Assembly (NCBI GenBank): GCA_046351395.1
Contig: JAXLYP010000017.1
Span: 193,508-246,456, forward strand
Length of the DNA stretch: 52,949 nucleotides
Direction of reading: 5' to 3'
Source: Polyangiaceae bacterium
GTDB taxonomy: Bacteria > Myxococcota_A > Polyangia > Polyangiales > Polyangiaceae
The notes under the pieces were generated by a model, which did no database searches, was not told the DNA's origin, and saw nothing but the letters and a program-made list of their open reading frames with translations. A program made the position numbers and the translations under genes. Positions 50,299 through 52,949 of this stretch are shown in pieces; within the stretch, counting starts at the first letter, position 1; the number at the start of each line of letters is the position of its first letter.

Positions 50299-51897
50299 TC
50301 ATTCGGGCAACTCCATGGACGCCGCGACGCTGCCGTCTGCGCCACTCGTCGCCTGATCAATACCGTTCGAGCCACCGCTGCCGCCCATGCCGGCGGTTCC
50401 GGGAGACGCGACTGTGGGCATCTCCGTCGGTGGCGATCCCGCATAGGCCACCGCGATAGCGTGCCCGCCACGACCGCCGCCCCCAGACCCGCCGTTCCCG
50501 CCGGAACCTCCAGTGCCACCACCACACGCGGGTTTGACGCCCCCGCCGCCCATACCCCCGCCCATGCCTGTGCCCCCCAGCTGACCAAGCTGCCCGTTCC
50601 CGCCTCTACCGCCGACGCCACCCGACCCGAGCGAGATGGAGACATTGCTGAATGAGATCGTCGAGTGGAACGACAGAACGCCGATGCTCGAGCCACCGCC
50701 GCCGCCACCGGTTCCCTTGGTACCCCCACAGCCCCCCGCACCGCCACTCCCGCCGCCAGCCCCGTGCACTGTGGCCGTGGCCTTCGATCCCCCGCCGCCT
50801 CCCGCGCCTTGGCCCCTCTTTCCAGATCCGCCGTCGCCACCCGACGCGTTTGCATAGGCGCCCGCCGTCAGCTGTCCGAAGGTACTCATCGATGCCCCTT
50901 GCCCGGTTGAGCCATCCATTCCGCCCGCGCCGAACCCTCCACCACCAACTCCGGTCGCGCAACTCCACATCACGCCGCCGTTGTCGCCGATTCCGCCCAG
51001 CGTGGGACCCAGGTTGTCGTCTCCATTGTCTCCGGCGGCTCCGTTTCCGTTCATGATGGTGCCTCCGTCACCGCCCTTGCCACCATTGCTTACACCGTCC
51101 GGGCACGTGTTGTTGGCCGATTTTGCGCCACCCGCAAGCATCACGTCTGCTGCATTCTTGCCAGGGTTGCCGCCTGGCGCCTGATTGGCCTGCGGCCCAC
51201 CGTCGACGCCGGCAGACCCGGGGGCGCCATCTCCGCCCACGAGTACCGCGTTGTTGATGTCCAGGGTGGCATTCGCAGCATGAACTACTACGCTCGAGGC
51301 TCCCATCGTGGTCGCCTTGGGTGAGGTCAGGTCGATTGAATCGACCACCGAGCCCCCTGAACCAGTGATAGAGAGTGCCGGCTGGTTGACGGATCCCATC
51401 ACCTGGGGGTGAGGGTTGGAGTGCGAAAACGTCCAGTCGGTGCATGACAGCCCGCCGAGCAGGGAAATGCCGCCTGGCAGTGTGATGGAACCGTCGAAGG
51501 ATCCGCTGCCGCAGACATATACGCGTGGCTTCTCACTCGTCGTTGCAGCAACGGCCTCAGCGATACTCCCCAGAGGATCCATCTGAGTTCCGCCTCCCGA
51601 CGCCCCCTGCTTTACGAACACGCCACACTCGGCACCGACCGGCTTCCCCTCGACGAGCGCACATTGCTCAGGGGTTCCGGTCGAGGAAGACACTGTTGAC
51701 GTACTCGTCATGCTCGCCGCCGTCGTGCTGGACGACCCCGAGCCACCACCCGTTCCCGACGGGCAGCCCGCGTCGTACAGTTCGGGGTGTGTGTTGCAGG
51801 TGTTCTCTTGGTCGAAGAACACGCATGAGCCCGTCAAGCAGGCGGCGACCAGCGAAAGTGCGATGGAACCTCGGGTCAACTGTCGCTGGCTTCTCAT
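50299..51897 (-). CDS. Gly-rich (beta-helix-like) lipoprotein, paralog of 48469-50106
   Basis: Lipobox CLTGSC. Same architecture (…CGVFVKQG…PRVYVCGSGSF…, then a GGxGG-rich region). Ends …ASMELPE*. Confidence 0.7.
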   Translation of the reverse strand: MRSQRQLTRGSIALSLVAACLTGSCVFFDQENTCNTHPELYDAGCPSGTGGGSGSSSTTAASMTSTSTVSSSTGTPEQCALVEGKPVGAECGVFVKQGASGGGTQMDPLGSIAEAVAATTSEKPRVYVCGSGSFDGSITLPGGISLLGGLSCTDWTFSHSNPHPQVMGSVNQPALSITGSGGSVVDSIDLTSPKATTMGASSVVVHAANATLDINNAVLVGGDGAPGSAGVDGGPQANQAPGGNPGKNAADVMLAGGAKSANNTCPDGVSNGGKGGDGGTIMNGNGAAGDNGDDNLGPTLGGIGDNGGVMWSCATGVGGGGFGAGGMDGSTGQGASMSTFGQLTAGAYANASGGDGGSGKRGQGAGGGGGSKATATVHGAGGGSGGAGGCGGTKGTGGGGGGSSIGVLSFHSTISFSNVSISLGSGGVGGRGGNGQLGQLGGTGMGGGMGGGGVKPACGGGTGGSGGNGGSGGGGRGGHAIAVAYAGSPPTEMPTVASPGTAGMGGSGGSNGIDQATSGADGSVAASMELPE

Positions 51898-51921
51898 GTT
51901 TCAAATCTCCAAGCTTCGGAA

Positions 51922-52800
51922 TCAGAAGTGCGTCGAGAGCTCGACGCCGAACGCATCTGTGCTGACGATGGGGACGACGGCCACGGGCGCGGGCTCGGAC
52001 TGTGGCTTTCCCAGCGCCCATATCAAGAGGACTGTGGAGGGGATGGCCACTACGCCCGCGCTGATGAACAACCACGGAGACGCGTTGCTCAACGTTCGCT
52101 TGTTCGTTTCGAAGTCCGTCCCCGCCTCGCACGGGTAGGAAGGGCAGTGAAAGTCCGGGTCGGCATTGGCCGCGACAGCGGTTCCAATGCCCGCACCGAG
52201 GAGTCCCGCGGTCACGCTCAGGCCCAAGATGGCCGGCCAAATCGGTCTGTGCTGCCCGGGCGGAGGCGTCGTCGGAAAAGGGATGACCACGGGCTCTGGT
52301 GGCTTCGTGCCCGCCACCGCATCGAAGTCCACCGCACCCTTCTTGGCGCCCGAGGTCGCTTCGAAGTGGTGCTTGCCCGGGTCCAAGAACAGCGTGATGG
52401 GGCCGCGTCCCATAGGCTGTGAATCGATGGTGATATCCGCCGAGGTCTCGGCACCCTGCACCGTCAGCTCGGCCACGTGCTCCTTCGCCTTCTTCAGGGC
52501 GTCCAGAAAGTCCTGCTCGACTCCCGACGTCGAATTCTTCGCGTAGAACGCGATGTGCGTCGCCCCCTCGCGGTACTTTCCGAGCTCGACCTCACACTTC
52601 CCCTGAAGTCCGCGGATCTGGCCGTGCTGGAAAATGGCCCACGCTGCTTCGGCTTTTGCGACGCACTCGCTCCAATCCTTTCGCCCCGCGGCGATTCCGG
52701 CCTGTTCGAACACCTTGGCGGCATCGTCCGCCGGGTCTGCGCTCGCCACCCCCGCCACGCTCATGGCGGCGAGTGAGGCGATCATCCATGACGCTTTCAC
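51922..52800 (-). CDS. Secreted protein with C-terminal membrane segments, unknown function (PEGA-like beta segment)
   Basis: The GTG start overlaps the upstream stop (GTGA). Signal peptide MKASWMIASLAAMSVAGVASA. ITIDSQPMGRGPITLFLDPGKHHFEA. Ends …GVELSTHF*. Confidence 0.6.
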   Translation of the reverse strand: MKASWMIASLAAMSVAGVASADPADDAAKVFEQAGIAAGRKDWSECVAKAEAAWAIFQHGQIRGLQGKCEVELGKYREGATHIAFYAKNSTSGVEQDFLDALKKAKEHVAELTVQGAETSADITIDSQPMGRGPITLFLDPGKHHFEATSGAKKGAVDFDAVAGTKPPEPVVIPFPTTPPPGQHRPIWPAILGLSVTAGLLGAGIGTAVAANADPDFHCPSYPCEAGTDFETNKRTLSNASPWLFISAGVVAIPSTVLLIWALGKPQSEPAPVAVVPIVSTDAFGVELSTHF

Positions 52801-52949
52801 GGTTTGCTCCCTCCGAACTTCGTCGAATAGGGACTGCTTGCTGTCGGTGCTGCGCTCGGCGTGACCTGGGGTGTCGTGGGGGTCGTGCCGACGCTCGGGC
52901 TCGTGCTCTTCACCGTCGGCGCGATCGGTGCCCCCGTCGTCACCGCCGG
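52797..52949 (-). CDS. 3' end of an upstream gene (Thr/Pro-rich tail); 5' end outside window
   Basis: Open frame reading …PAVTTGAPIAPTVKSTSPSVGTTPTTPQVTPSAAPTASSPYSTKFGGSKP*. Its TGA overlaps the next gene's GTG. Confidence 0.4.
   Translation of the reverse strand, partial: PAVTTGAPIAPTVKSTSPSVGTTPTTPQVTPSAAPTASSPYSTKFGGSKP

Overview
A 52.9-kb, very G+C-rich (about 70% by eye, not computed), gene-dense chromosomal segment. The gene content points to a myxobacterium of the Polyangia type: many lipoproteins, a Ser/Thr kinase-FGE fusion, Gly-rich beta-helix lipoproteins, Roadblock/DUF4388 signalling genes and an ECF sigma factor. That taxonomic call is inference only. I call about 50 protein-coding genes or pseudogenes, one IS element and several repeats and hairpins. 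I found no rRNA, tRNA or CRISPR array. Most ORFs in the six-frame track are Arg/Pro/Gly-rich shadow ORFs produced by the base composition and were discarded. Operons are tightly packed, with many ATGA/GTGA start-stop overlaps. Main observations follow. (1) A triad of kinase-like lipoprotein, outer-membrane beta-barrel and TLC-family (ATP/ADP-translocase-like) transporter occurs twice. The first copy is a 4-gene operon at 6.8-13.8 kb with a cNMP-binding protein. The second is at 19.0-24.6 kb, where the lipoprotein gene is split by an IS66-family element with intact inverted repeats and an 8-bp target duplication. Three PAP2 phosphatase genes and a histidine phosphatase gene lie between the copies. 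This is my best candidate for an undescribed envelope system (nucleotide scavenging, or ATP supply to the periplasm). (2) An orphan, N-terminally short TssC-like sheath gene is translationally coupled to a lipoprotein gene, with no other T6SS genes in the window. (3) A SUKH (immunity-like) gene sits 3 nt upstream of a stand-alone DUF4135 (LanM-dehydratase/kinase-like) gene. (4) A 6-gene signalling operon (PAS-HK, Roadblock, di-iron/MBL-like, receiver-DUF4388, OmpA-like, coiled-coil-Roadblock) follows an 830-bp less G+C-rich intergenic region carrying three copies of a 20-bp element. (5) The A/T-rich 8-mer ATTGTCTG occurs 11 times, often written with rare codons. (6) Several genes cannot be read in one frame (anti-sigma-like 5' end, histidine phosphatase, di-iron protein, IS transposase, a small ORF), while multi-kb neighbours are intact. 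All functional calls rest on motif recognition by eye; no database search was run.
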